From NCBI GenBank assembly GCA_963703225.1, contig OY969801.1:1728001-1792000 (forward strand): a stretch of DNA of 64,000 nt, in the 5' to 3' direction. The notes beneath the pieces were generated by a model, which was not told where the DNA came from, ran no database searches, and saw nothing but the letters and a program-made list of their open reading frames with translations. Made by a program: the position numbers and the translations under genes. Positions 22,319-35,928 of the stretch are shown piece after piece (the first letter of the stretch is position 1; every line of letters begins with the position of its first letter). The stretch comes from Candidatus Eiseniibacteriota bacterium. GTDB lineage: Bacteria > Eisenbacteria > RBG-16-71-46 > SZUA-252.

Positions 22319-23169
22319 GATCGGCGGGCCTCCACAAGGCTTGTATCGGCAACCGCTTGGTGGACCTTCAGGAGCGACTGGAGGAGCCCCGGAAGCTCCG
22401 CGAGCGGCCACTGGGTCTCTCGATCGGACCGGGCTCGTGGCGGATCGGGATGGGTTTCGATGAAGACCCCGTCCACCCCGGCCGCGATGGCCGCTCGGGC
22501 CAGAAGCGGGACGAACTCGCGCTGGCCGCCGGTCTCCGACCCGCCGGGGCGCTGAACGGAGTGGGTCGCGTCGAAGAAGACCGGGCAGCCCAGCTGGCGC
22601 ATCACGGCGAACGACCGAAAGTCGACCACCAGATCGCCGTATCCGAACATGGTCCCTCTCTCCGTCACGATCACGCCGGCGGCGCCCGCCGCGCGCGCCT
22701 TTTCCGCCGCGAGCGCCATCGAGCCGGGATCGAGGAACTGCCCCTTCTTGATGTGGAGTGGCTTCCCGGTGCTCGCCGCCGCCTCGATGAGCGGGGTCTG
22801 GCGGCAGAGAAACGCCGGAATCTGGATGAGGTCGAGGGCATCGGCGGCCGCGGCCACGTCGCCCGTCTCATGAACGTCGCTGGTGACCGGAACGCCCACC
22901 CGATCTCGGATCCGCGCCATAGCGCGTAGTCCCGCCTCGGCGCCAGGCCCGCGGTAGCTCGATCCAGACGTTCGATTGGCTTTGGAATACGAAGCCTTGA
23001 AGATGAACGGGAGGTCGAGGGCTGCGGCCGTCTTCTTGATCTCGCGCGCGACCTCCTCGGCCATCCCGTCGTCCTCGAGCACGCACGGCCCCGCGATGAG
23101 CGTGAGTCGGCCTGGAGCGATGCGGACGGAGCCGACCGCGAACGGAGCGAACGAGACCCGGGCGTCCAT
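22315..23169 (-). CDS. kdsA: KDO-8-phosphate synthase
   Basis: IAGPCVLE, KASYSKANRTS, QIPAFLCRQT, KKGQF, DATHSVQ. Confidence 0.96.
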   Translation of the reverse strand: MDARVSFAPFAVGSVRIAPGRLTLIAGPCVLEDDGMAEEVAREIKKTAAALDLPFIFKASYSKANRTSGSSYRGPGAEAGLRAMARIRDRVGVPVTSDVHETGDVAAAADALDLIQIPAFLCRQTPLIEAAASTGKPLHIKKGQFLDPGSMALAAEKARAAGAAGVIVTERGTMFGYGDLVVDFRSFAVMRQLGCPVFFDATHSVQRPGGSETGGQREFVPLLARAAIAAGVDGVFIETHPDPPRARSDRETQWPLAELPGLLQSLLKVHQAVADTSLVEARRS

Positions 23170-23171
23170 CG

Positions 23172-25634
<2,463 letters not shown>

Positions 25635-25639
25635 GAGCC

Positions 25640-25668
25640 ATGCTACCAATGGGAGGGGGCGGCGTCAA
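25640..25668 (-). promoter_or_regulatory. Sigma70-type promoter heading the kdsB...polA gene run
   Basis: TTGACG-17 nt-TAGCAT with TG extension, 5 nt upstream of kdsB GTG. Confidence 0.6.
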
Positions 25669-25688
25669 GCGACGCGAGTAGGGTGCCC

Positions 25689-26462
25689 CTACTCCTCTTT
25701 TGCGAACGCGTCCTGGAGGACAGCCCCGGTGACTCGGATCTTCACGATTCTACCCTCCACCATCCACTCGCGGCGGATCCTCACCACCGCGTGCTTCGCG
25801 TCCTCGCGGGAGTAGAAGAGCCCACTCAGGAGCCAGTATTGATGATTCGCGGTGAGGTGCGGTGGCAACGTGTAGAGCCTTGGCCTACCCAAAGGTCCGT
25901 TGAAGCAGTTCTGATAGTCGATGTCCAGAACGACCGTGGTGTCCCTCGCACCCTCCGAATCCTCTTCGTCAGGTATGGACACGTTGGCAACGAGCGACTC
26001 CGCGGCTGACCCGCGGAGGTACGACCCCAATAAGACCGCGTAAAGCTCTGCGACCGAATCGCCATGGTCGAAATGAAATTGAGCCATGACGGAGTCGTTT
26101 CGGGCAGTCTCCTCAGCTGTATTGCCGATCGCCGCTCGAACTCGTCTGTTCTGGGAGATCATCGAAAGACGCCCACGCGTCAGAAGAGAAGCCAGTTGAG
26201 GGTTCTTCTCGACCTGCTGTTGGGACGTCACGGCGGCTGCAAGGCCCCGAGCCAGTTGGTCCCACATCGCCGAAACGTTCCGTTCAAATTCTCTCGACGC
26301 CAAACTGTCCTCGGCGGTTCGGGCCGGATAGATCTCGGAGGTCAGGAAGGTCAGATACCTTGATCGAACCGTGAGGGATACGTCGCACGACGAGAAGGCG
26401 GGTGGAGAGGCGAATGTGAAGCCGGCCACCGCGACGCCAAATGCGAGGAATGCGCGGCTCAC
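25689..26462 (-). CDS. Hypothetical exported protein, possible C-terminal SPOR-like domain
   Basis: Signal peptide; YWLLSGLFYSREDAKHAVVRIRRE resembles SPOR repeat; GTGA overlap with upstream gene. Confidence 0.6.
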   Translation of the reverse strand: MSRAFLAFGVAVAGFTFASPPAFSSCDVSLTVRSRYLTFLTSEIYPARTAEDSLASREFERNVSAMWDQLARGLAAAVTSQQQVEKNPQLASLLTRGRLSMISQNRRVRAAIGNTAEETARNDSVMAQFHFDHGDSVAELYAVLLGSYLRGSAAESLVANVSIPDEEDSEGARDTTVVLDIDYQNCFNGPLGRPRLYTLPPHLTANHQYWLLSGLFYSREDAKHAVVRIRREWMVEGRIVKIRVTGAVLQDAFAKEE

Positions 26463-26899
26463 AGTTGGAACACGACCGGGATCTCAAACCAGGCGCCGAC
26501 GGGGACGCCCTTGAGAGTGGCCGGACTGAATTCCCACTGCTTCACCGCCTCGATCGCGGATTCCGTTAGGACGGGGATTCCCATCACGACCGAAATCCAG
26601 CAGACCCGGCCATGAACGTCGATATAAGCGCGCAGGACCACGGTTCCCTGGATCCCCGCTTCCCTGCTTTTATCGGGATATTGCACCTCGACCTTCTTCA
26701 CCGGCACCGGTTCCACGTCGTAGGACGTCGAATCGGGCGGATTCTTGAAGGGCTCGCATACCGATTGGAGCGCCGCGGCTCCCTCCCCGCTTCCGGTCGT
26801 GGTCACCACCGTCGCCGCGGGCGCGGGCGGTCCGCCGTGAGCGGAGCAGCCCGCGAGGATGAGAAGCTGAACTGCGAGGAGACTTGCGACGGGTCTGAT
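26459..26899 (-). CDS. TonB C-terminal-domain protein with lipoprotein-like signal (start uncertain)
   Basis: YPDKSREAGIQGTVVL...AIEAVKQWEFSPA...PVVFQL; LAGC lipobox; ORF is open to GTG 26980. Confidence 0.8.
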   Translation of the reverse strand: MRPVASLLAVQLLILAGCSAHGGPPAPAATVVTTTGSGEGAAALQSVCEPFKNPPDSTSYDVEPVPVKKVEVQYPDKSREAGIQGTVVLRAYIDVHGRVCWISVVMGIPVLTESAIEAVKQWEFSPATLKGVPVGAWFEIPVVFQL

Positions 26900-26994
26900 G
26901 ACGGCACCTCGAGGACACGGGCCCGGAAACGGCGACTCACCGAGCGTACCGGAGACAGTACAGGTTCGCCACCAGGTCACGTGCTGGTCAAAAC

Positions 26995-27090
26995 AAAGCC
27001 CCGGGGATCAACCGGAGGGCGCCTGTGAGGCCTCGCGCAGCGAGGCCGAAACACAGCGCCCCGGAGGTTGAGCCCCCGGGGCTCTCTTTT
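26995..27090. repeat. Nested inverted repeat (REPIN-like), possible bidirectional terminator
   Basis: GCCCCGGGG/CCCCGGGGC, TCAACC/GGTTGA, GGGCG/CGCCC, CTGTG/CACAG, GGCCTCGC/GCGAGGCC nested pairs; T-rich tails on both strands. Confidence 0.75.
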
Positions 27091-27159
27091 CGCGTAGCGC
27101 TCGGCCCGTTAGCGGGGTCTTGGCGCTGCTAGTGCGCGGTCAGTGAAGCTGGCGAGCGA

Positions 27160-28372
<1,213 letters not shown>

Positions 28373-28394
28373 GTCTCTTCAGCTCCTCTTTGAA

Positions 28395-28718
28395 TTATCC
28401 GCGGATGTCCAGGATCTTCACCCGCGTCAGGGTGTCCCGGTACCCGATCCGGCGGCGGTACTTCTTCCGCCGCTTGAACACCCCCACCTTGATCTTGGGG
28501 CCCCTTTCGGTGCCGAGGACCTGCGCCTTCACCGACGCGCCCTCGACCACCGGTGTTCCAATCTTCACGCCCGATCCGTCCGCAATCAGGAGCACGCGAT
28601 CGAACGTCACTTCCTGCCCCGCCTCGGCGCCCATGTGGGGAAGAATGTGCTCTTCCTCCTTGGCGACCCGGTACTGGAGGCCCTGCGCTTCGATAACCGC
28701 ATAGCGAGTCTGTGTCAT
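28395..28718 (-). CDS. rplU: 50S ribosomal protein L21
   Basis: YAVIE..G.QY, IGTPVVEGA, FKRRKKYRRRIG. Confidence 0.95.
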   Translation of the reverse strand: MTQTRYAVIEAQGLQYRVAKEEEHILPHMGAEAGQEVTFDRVLLIADGSGVKIGTPVVEGASVKAQVLGTERGPKIKVGVFKRRKKYRRRIGYRDTLTRVKILDIRG

Positions 28719-28731
28719 GTCATCCCTCGTT

Positions 28732-30285
28732 TCAGTGCTCGAACTGCTTCGTGATTTCCTCGAACGTCTTGCCGCGGAACAGCCGGATCTCGTCCCGCCG
28801 CAGCGACGGATCGTCCCGGATTTCCACGCGGAACCGGTACTGCTTCTCCAGACGGCCCAAACGGTCCGCGTTCTGCTCCACCAGGTGCACCGCCACGTCG
28901 GGGTGAACCCGAAGGAGAAGCTGCCTCTCCCGCGCCCGCTGCCCCACGCGCCGGAGCATTCGCTCGATCTTGAGCATCGCGCTCGAGAGCGAGAGTACCC
29001 GCCCCGTCCCCTCGCAGGCGGCGCAATTCTCCGTAAAGTAATTCGCGAGGCTCGGGCGCTGGCGCTGTCGCGTCATCTCCACCAGGCCCAGCTCGCTCAC
29101 CGCGAATGCCTTGGTTCGTGATCGGTCGCGCTTGAGCCGATTTCGAAGCGCGTCGATGACCGTCTTCCGGTTTCCCTCATCCTCCATGTCGATGAAATCG
29201 AGGACGATGATGCCGCCGAGGTCTCGAAGCCGGAGCTGCCGCGCGATCTCGTCCGCGGCTTCCAGATTCGTCTTTAAGATTGTCTCCTCCTGGCTCTTCT
29301 TTCCGGTAAACCTCCCGGTGTTCACGTCGATCGCCACCAGCGCTTCGGTCTGATCGATCGTGATGTATCCGCCCTTCCGGAGCCAGACCTTCCGCTCCAT
29401 CGCCTTCTCGATCTCGCCCTCGATTCCGAAGTGATCGAAGATCGGGGCCTCGCCGCGGTAGAGCTTGACCCGCGACTTGAACTGCGGCGCGTAGGTCGAG
29501 AGGTACTTGAGAATCTGCTGGTACTCCTCCTTCGAATCGATCGTCAGCTGGGTCACGTCCTCGGTGAAGATATCCCGGATCAGCCCCGTCGTGAACTCCA
29601 TCTCCTGGTGGAGCAACGCGGGCGCCTTGGCCCTCTGCGCCTGCTTTTCGATGGTCTGCCAGAGCTGCTCCAGGTACTTGATGTCGCTCTGGAACTCCTT
29701 CTTCCCCTGCTCGGCGCCGACCGTACGGACGATCACCCCCGCGTTCGAGGGGCGAAGCTCTCTCAAGAGCGTCTTGAGCCGGGTTCGCTCGCCCCGATCC
29801 TCGATCTTTCGCGACACGCCGACGTGGTCGTGGCCCGGCATCAACACCAGGTAGCGCCCCGGAAGCGAGACCTGCGTCGTGACCCGCGGCCCCTTGGTCC
29901 CGATCGGCTCCTTGGTGATCTGGACTAGGACTTCCTGGCCCTTCTTCAGCACATCCTCGATGCGCGGCGCGGCCTCCTCGCGTCGGCCACGGCCGCCTCC
30001 CCGCTTCCGATCGTCGTTCTCCTCTTCTTCCTCGAAGAGGTCGTCGAAATCCGACTCCGAGGGCTGGAGGTCGGAGGCATGGAGAAATGCGCTCTTATCG
30101 AGGCCCAGGTCCACGAAGGCCGCCTGCATTCCCGGCAGCACCGCGTTCACCCGGCCCTTGTACATGTCTCCCACGCGGCGGACCGCCTCGGGCCGCTCCA
30201 CCATCACCTCGACGAGATCCTTCTCCTCGAGGATGGCGATCCGCGTTTCGCTGGGACTGGCGTTAATGATGATCTCTCGGCGCAT
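28732..30285 (-). CDS. rng: RNase G/E family endoribonuclease
   Basis: VLPGMQAAFVD, VQITKEP.GTKG, IDVNTG, RQLRLRDLGGIIVLDFIDM. Confidence 0.94.
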   Translation of the reverse strand: MRREIIINASPSETRIAILEEKDLVEVMVERPEAVRRVGDMYKGRVNAVLPGMQAAFVDLGLDKSAFLHASDLQPSESDFDDLFEEEEENDDRKRGGGRGRREEAAPRIEDVLKKGQEVLVQITKEPIGTKGPRVTTQVSLPGRYLVLMPGHDHVGVSRKIEDRGERTRLKTLLRELRPSNAGVIVRTVGAEQGKKEFQSDIKYLEQLWQTIEKQAQRAKAPALLHQEMEFTTGLIRDIFTEDVTQLTIDSKEEYQQILKYLSTYAPQFKSRVKLYRGEAPIFDHFGIEGEIEKAMERKVWLRKGGYITIDQTEALVAIDVNTGRFTGKKSQEETILKTNLEAADEIARQLRLRDLGGIIVLDFIDMEDEGNRKTVIDALRNRLKRDRSRTKAFAVSELGLVEMTRQRQRPSLANYFTENCAACEGTGRVLSLSSAMLKIERMLRRVGQRARERQLLLRVHPDVAVHLVEQNADRLGRLEKQYRFRVEIRDDPSLRRDEIRLFRGKTFEEITKQFEH

Positions 30286-33223
30286 TCACCTCCAGGGCTG
30301 GGTCCGACGAACCCGGATTTCCCGGGTCAATGGGCACGGGTCGCCAGAACGCCGATTCCTCGAGTGCCTCGAGGGGTGTGCAAAGCTCTCCACCGCGCTC
30401 CACCCACATCGCCTCGCGGGTGACGTACAGGAGCCGGGGGTCGAAATCGAAAGACGGCAGGAGGCTCTTGAGGAGCAGATCCGGCCGCAGATAACCGGTT
30501 GCTTGAAGCCGCGACGAGACGAAGATGCCGAGGCACTCGCCGTTGGACGCCATCTGGATCGAGGCGACCGCGAGGCGCGCGTTCACGGTCTTGCCCTTCT
30601 GGCCGTGGCTCTGCTTGGCGACAAGCCACTCGCCCGACGCGAGGAAGGATGCCAGGTTCCGCTCCAGCTCCTGGCGAAGCAGGTGCACGCTCTCCCCCCG
30701 CGCGAGCCGGTCCATCAGGTAACCCGTGAGGTAGACCGAGTAATCCGCGCGGCCGATGGCCGCCATGAGGGAATCCACCGACTTGGCAAACGGCCGACCC
30801 TCGAGGATGCGGATTCCCTCGGGCAGGATCTCGTTCATGGCGGCGATCACCTCCCAGGGGCAGGGCTGCGCCAGGTCGAGATCGAAATACTCGGCGCGGC
30901 TCGTGGCGCCCAGCGAGAGCGGCGGCCCGTACGCGATCTTCGCGTGGCGGTTGAAGCCCTGGGTGTAGGCGATCGGGATCTTGGCCACCCGGATCGCCCG
31001 GTCGAAAATGCGGACGAGATCCAGGTGCGACGTGAAGCGCGCGATCCCTTCCTTGACGTAGGCCACGCGATAGCGGCTCGCCTGCTGCCCCTTGGTGGTG
31101 GTCGGCCAAACGCGACGGCGGCGGCCGAACGCCCGCGCCTCGCCGTTCCCGTTCCCATTTCCATGTCCGTTCCCGTTCGCTTGCTTCTCCGCCTCGGGTC
31201 GGGGCTCCGGCTGGGCGACCGCCAGGGGCGCCGCCGCGACGGCCTCGGCCTTGAGCACCTCGATCGGCTTCTCCTCCAGCGCGCGCACGCGAGACTCAAT
31301 CTCCGCGGTCGTCACCTCAGGAGGAATCGCGAAATCGAGCGACGCCGGCTCGACCCCCTGCCCCGGCGCGAGCTGGAGCGAGAGGTGGCGGCCTTCGCGC
31401 GCCTTGGGCGCGAAGCAGGGCGCGCCGCACCGGTAGCACGCGTGGTCGCGGCAGTCGGGCGTCAGCGCCGCGGCGTAGGCCTTGCCCCGCTCGGCGAGGA
31501 GGAACTTCTTCACCACCGGGGTCCGGATGTGGTCCCACGGAAGCTGCTCCTCCAGGTCGCGCGGACGCAGATAGACCGCCGGGTCCATCCCGATGCTCTC
31601 GAACGCCCGCATCCAGAGATCGAAATCAAAGCACTCCGACCATCCGTCGAAGCGCGCACCCATCCGCCACGCCGCCTCCAGCGCGTCGGCCGTGCGAACG
31701 TCGCCGCGGGCGAAGACGCCTTCCAGGAACGCGGTCTTCGGCTCCCGCCACTTCAGACCGGACGTTGTTCATGCCGCGGAATCCCAGCTTGAGCCGGTCG
31801 ATCTTCCGGCGGAGCGTCTCCATGTCGTCCTGGAGCTCCCACTGGAACGGGCGTGTGGGGCTTGGGCACGTGGGGCGACAGGCCGACGTTGAAGTGCATC
31901 CGCTTGTTGCCGCCCTTGGCCCACTCCTGCGACTTGCGGAGCGTGTCGGCGATGCCGTCCACGTCCGCGTCGGTTTCGGTGGGGAGACCGATCATGAAGT
32001 AGAACTTGATGCCGCCCCACCCCTGGTCGCGGGCGAGCTTCACCGAGTATTCGAGCTCGGCCTCGTCGATTCCCTTGTTGATCACGTCGCGCATCCGCTG
32101 CGTGCCCGCTTCCGGCGCGAAGGTGATGCTCCCGCGCCGCCCCTGCCCGATCTTGTCGGCCACCGAGGGGGCGAGCGTTCCGACGCGGGTCGACGGCAAG
32201 CGAGATCGACACGCCCTGCTCGTTGGTGAACCGGTCGAGCTCGTGGAGGACCACCGGGAGCTGCTTGTAGTCGGTCGTCGAGAGCGAAAGGAGCGAGACC
32301 TCGTCCCAGCCCGCGTGGACGATGCCGCACTGGACTTCCTTCACCACCTCGTCCGCGCGCTTCTCCCGCAGCGGCCGGTTCATGTATCCGGCGAGGCAGA
32401 ACCGGCAGCCACGGGTGCAGCCCCGCATGACCTCGACCCCCAGCCGATCGTGGGTGATCTCGGTGGGGCTGATGAGGGGGCGCTCCGGGTAGTACTCCGG
32501 CAGAAGCGAGGCCACGTACCGAAAGCGCGGCTTGGCGACCGGAGCCTCGGGGCGCGGATTCCGCGCGACGTATCCAAACGGATTCTTGACCTCATCGTAG
32601 AGTGCGGGCACGTAGACGCCCTCCAGCGCGCCCATCCTCGCGAGCACCTCGGCCCGCGGCATGCGGTTCTCGCGCCGCTCCGCCATCAGATCGCAGAGCT
32701 CCTCGATCACCTCTTCCCCGTCCCCGATGACGAACCCGTCGATGAACGGCGCGAGCGGCTCGGGGTTGACCGTGCAGAGGCCGCCGGCGATCAGAATCGG
32801 ATCCTCCTCGCGGCGGTCCTTGGTCCGCAGCGAGAGCTGCGCCAAATCGATCATCGTGAGGACGTTCGTGTAGGAGAGCTCGTACTGGAGCGAGAACCCA
32901 ATCATGTCGAACTCGCGCGCCGGGGTGCGCGACTCGAGCGAGTAGAGGGGTAGCCCCTCGGCGCGCATCAGGCGCTCCATGTCGCCCCACGGCGTGAAGC
33001 AGAGCTCCGCCAGCCCGTCCGGCCGGCGGTTGACGATGTGATAGAGGATCTTCAGCCCGAGGTAGGACATCCCGATCTCGTAGAGATCGGGGAAGCAGAG
33101 AAGCACCCGAGCTTTCGCTTGGGAAGGGTCCTTGCGCGCCGCGTGGAGAAAGCTACCCGTATACCGGCTCGGCTTGGTGACGAGCGGCAGGTACGCTTCA
33201 TCCAGATACCGGAGCTTGTCCAT
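30263..33223 (-). CDS. Radical SAM protein (TIGR03960-like) fused to a TIGR03936/DUF2344-like domain; three +1 insertions near 32199, 31850 and 31757
   Basis: FPDLYEIGMS, FSLQYEL, RGCTRGCRFC, TFAPEAG, YFMIGLPTET, PKPHTP|FQW, GARFDGWSE, SHLDL...AYTQGFN spread over four ORF fragments. Confidence 0.85.
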
Positions 33224-33318
33224 GTCCCCTCCCGCGACTGGGCTCGACCGCAATCCGCTGAGATCGTTGGAGATAAGTGGGTAATCCGTGTGCGCGGATG
33301 CATCGCGCCAAGCGTGAG

Positions 33319-33347
33319 ACACTACCACATGGGACCCACCCCCGCAA
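33319..33347 (-). promoter_or_regulatory. Candidate sigma70 promoter for radical SAM-rng-rplU-rpmA-mdh
   Basis: TTGCGG-17 nt-TAGTGT with TG extension. Confidence 0.4.
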
Positions 33348-34083
33348 CCGCCCCCTGGGATTCATGTTCCGGCCCATCCAGGATGCCTCCATGGGTCGCC
33401 GTCAGCCCCAAAATCCAGGCAGCGCCGGCGCGCTCCAACGCGCTCGCTGCCTCGAGCAGCGTGCTTCCCGTCGTGACCACGTCGTCGATGAGGAGGATCG
33501 TCCGACCCCGGACCAAGGTGGGGCTCACGCAAGTGAACGCACCCACGACGTTCACGCGGCGACGAACCGGATCGAGCTCGGCCTGAGCGTCGTGGTCGCG
33601 GACGCGCCGGAGGGCCGGGACCACGGGGATCCCCCATCGGGCCGACGCGTGCTCGGCGAGCAGGAGCGCCTGATCGAATCCGCGCCGGGAGCGGCGCGCG
33701 GGATGGAGGGATGCCGGCACGATCAGCGATTCGCGCCCCAGAGTTCCCTCCCGGTCGGGCGGCTCGGGCAGGAGCGACGCCAGCCACGGTGCGACGCGGC
33801 GCGCCCCTTCGTACTTGAAGGCCCGTACGATCCGGTCGAGCGGCGCCTCGTAGGGCGGGCCCGCGATCGCCAGCCGTCGAGAACCGTGGTGCGGGCAGGC
33901 GCCGGACGCGATCGAAGGATCGGGCGGATCCTCGTGAAGGCAGTAGAGGCAGAGGACCACTCCGGTTCGAGGCACGAGCGCGTCGCACGGGTCGCAGATT
34001 TCCCGACCCCGCGGAGCACGTCCGCCGCACCCGGGACAGCGCCGGTCCCCCAGCGCGTCGACGAGATCCTGCCACCACCACAC
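33322..34083 (-). CDS. comF: ComF-family phosphoribosyltransferase-like protein
   Basis: N-terminal CxxC pairs, FKY, RGFDQA, LLIDDVVTTGST. Confidence 0.9.
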   Translation of the reverse strand: MWWWQDLVDALGDRRCPGCGGRAPRGREICDPCDALVPRTGVVLCLYCLHEDPPDPSIASGACPHHGSRRLAIAGPPYEAPLDRIVRAFKYEGARRVAPWLASLLPEPPDREGTLGRESLIVPASLHPARRSRRGFDQALLLAEHASARWGIPVVPALRRVRDHDAQAELDPVRRRVNVVGAFTCVSPTLVRGRTILLIDDVVTTGSTLLEAASALERAGAAWILGLTATHGGILDGPEHESQGAVAGVGPMW

Positions 34084-34135
34084 CCCCGTCCCCTCCCATA
34101 CCCTCGGCGGCGAGACCGCGGCGGGGCCGACCCGT

Positions 34136-34996
34136 TCAGCCGGTCGCTTCGGCCAGCGCTTTCTTCATCGCTTCGAGCGGGGCCCGCTCCGCCGTCCAAA
34201 ACTCATAGGAAAGCGCTCCTTGGCAAAGCAGGAGGCCCAAGCCGTCCTCGAAGCGGCGCCCCTCCGCCGTCGCCAGGGCTTTCGTCGCGGCGGCCCGCGC
34301 GCCATAGTTCAAGTCGAGCGCGGGCGCCTCGGCTGTGAGGCGCTCCCACCATCCCCGCTCGGGCCCCTCCACCGAGTCCGTTGCCAGAGCGCGGATGAGA
34401 AGGTCCCATCGAGGAAGCGATTCGGAGCGGGCCCGATCGTCAAGCGCCGCCGCCTCGAGCTCGGCCGGCGCCGTGGACGATTGGCGGAGCGCGTCCACCA
34501 GGTCCCGCGCCCGCCCGCTGTCCCTGCTCACGACGCCGATCGAACGCGGCGAGAGCGACGCCAGGACGGGGACGATGCTCCGCGCCGCGCCGCCCGCCCC
34601 GAGCAGGAGAACGCGCGCGCCCGCGACGTTGACCCCGATCGACGAAATCCAGTCGCGAAACCCCAGGCCATCGGTGGCGTGGCCAAACCACCCCGTTGCC
34701 TCGCGCCGGAGCGTATTCACCGCGCGGACCCGCCCCGCCTCCTCCGTGGCACCGCAGAGAAGCGGCCACGCAGCCTCCTTGTGCGGCGCGGTCAGGTTGA
34801 GCCCAAAGACACCGGCGGCGTGAAGCCCGCGGAGCACCTCCTCGAGGCGGTCGGGGGGCACGTCGAGCGCCACATAGGCCGCCCGCGCGCCCGCCGCTTG
34901 AAATGCCGCGTTCTGCATTCGGGGGGAGAGGGAATGATGGACCGGGTGCCCGAGCAGCGCGTAGACACGGCTCTCCTGGTCGCGGCGCTCGGCCAC
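34136..34996 (-). CDS. aroE: Shikimate dehydrogenase family protein
   Basis: HSLSP.MQN, NLTAPHK, AVNT, TDG.G, GAGGAA, GL.LL..QG. Confidence 0.85.
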   Translation of the reverse strand: MAERRDQESRVYALLGHPVHHSLSPRMQNAAFQAAGARAAYVALDVPPDRLEEVLRGLHAAGVFGLNLTAPHKEAAWPLLCGATEEAGRVRAVNTLRREATGWFGHATDGLGFRDWISSIGVNVAGARVLLLGAGGAARSIVPVLASLSPRSIGVVSRDSGRARDLVDALRQSSTAPAELEAAALDDRARSESLPRWDLLIRALATDSVEGPERGWWERLTAEAPALDLNYGARAAATKALATAEGRRFEDGLGLLLCQGALSYEFWTAERAPLEAMKKALAEATG

Positions 34997-35006
34997 GCCA
35001 TCCCCC

Positions 35007-35912
35007 TTAGAGCGTGGAGCGGGGTTCGACCGCTCCTGCCCGCGGGGCATCGGAGAGGACCGATCGCGCTGGTCCGGAGGCGGGGTCGGTGCCGGTATCG
35101 AGACCCGGGCCGCCTTGGACGGAGGGCATCACGGCGGCCGGACGGCGCGCGAGCACGCGCAGCATGATCAGCGCCGTCAAGAGGAGGCCCGCGCTCAAGA
35201 GCTGGTTGATGTTGAACGAAAGCCCTCCGACTTTCCCGAGATACGAAGTGCTGTCGTAGTAGCGCGTGAAGTCGATGAGAAAGCGGAACACCGAATCGAT
35301 GGCCACCGCCGTCCAGAAAAGCCAGCCGTCAAAGTGGGGCTTTCGATCGAGGATGAGCAAGATGCCAAAGAGCAAGAATCCCGCCCCGACCAGATAGAGC
35401 TGGGACGGATGGATGGAGAGACCCGGAAAGACGTAGGAGGAGTAGGACCCCGGTGGAAATTTCACGCCCCAGGCGGCGTGCGTCGGAAGGCCGAAACAGC
35501 AGCCATTAAGAAAGCACCCGATCCGCCCGATTGCGACCCCCAGCACCATGGCCGGGGCCACCGCGTCGCCGAGCCGCCAGATGGGGAGCTTGGCGCGGCG
35601 AAGGTAGAGAATCGTGCCGGTGATCGCGAGAATGTAGCCACCGTAGAGCATCAGTCCGCCCTCCCACAGGCGGAAGATGCCGAGGGGATCGGGCGCGTAA
35701 TCGGCCCAATGCGTGAGCACGAACAGGCCGCGGCCGCCGACGATGGCGAGAATCAGGATGACGAGCGAGACCGTGTGGAGCGAGTCTTCCGGAAATCCGC
35801 GACGCTTTCCGCGGGCGACGAAAATCTGGATCGCGACCAGAAAGGCGATCGCGAGCATGAGCCCGTAGCTGTGAACCTCGAACGTGTGAAATTTGAAGAT
35901 CGATGGATGCAA
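35007..35912 (-). CDS. lgt: Prolipoprotein diacylglyceryl transferase
   Basis: SYGLM, GGLMLYGG, GRIGCFLNGCC.G, HPSQLY, RFLIDF.R. Confidence 0.93.
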   Translation of the reverse strand: MHPSIFKFHTFEVHSYGLMLAIAFLVAIQIFVARGKRRGFPEDSLHTVSLVILILAIVGGRGLFVLTHWADYAPDPLGIFRLWEGGLMLYGGYILAITGTILYLRRAKLPIWRLGDAVAPAMVLGVAIGRIGCFLNGCCFGLPTHAAWGVKFPPGSYSSYVFPGLSIHPSQLYLVGAGFLLFGILLILDRKPHFDGWLFWTAVAIDSVFRFLIDFTRYYDSTSYLGKVGGLSFNINQLLSAGLLLTALIMLRVLARRPAAVMPSVQGGPGLDTGTDPASGPARSVLSDAPRAGAVEPRSTL

Positions 35913-35928
35913 GGAGAACCCCTCCGGC

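Noticed and set aside
27017..27062. Hammerhead-ribozyme-like CTGTGA-stem-GAAA
   Set aside because: Core is one base short of CUGANGA, there is no stem III or NUH site, and CTGTG simply pairs with CACAG
31140..31180. CCGTTC-type short tandem repeat as a phase-variation tract
   Set aside because: Imperfect, in-frame hexamer encoding an Asn-Gly linker
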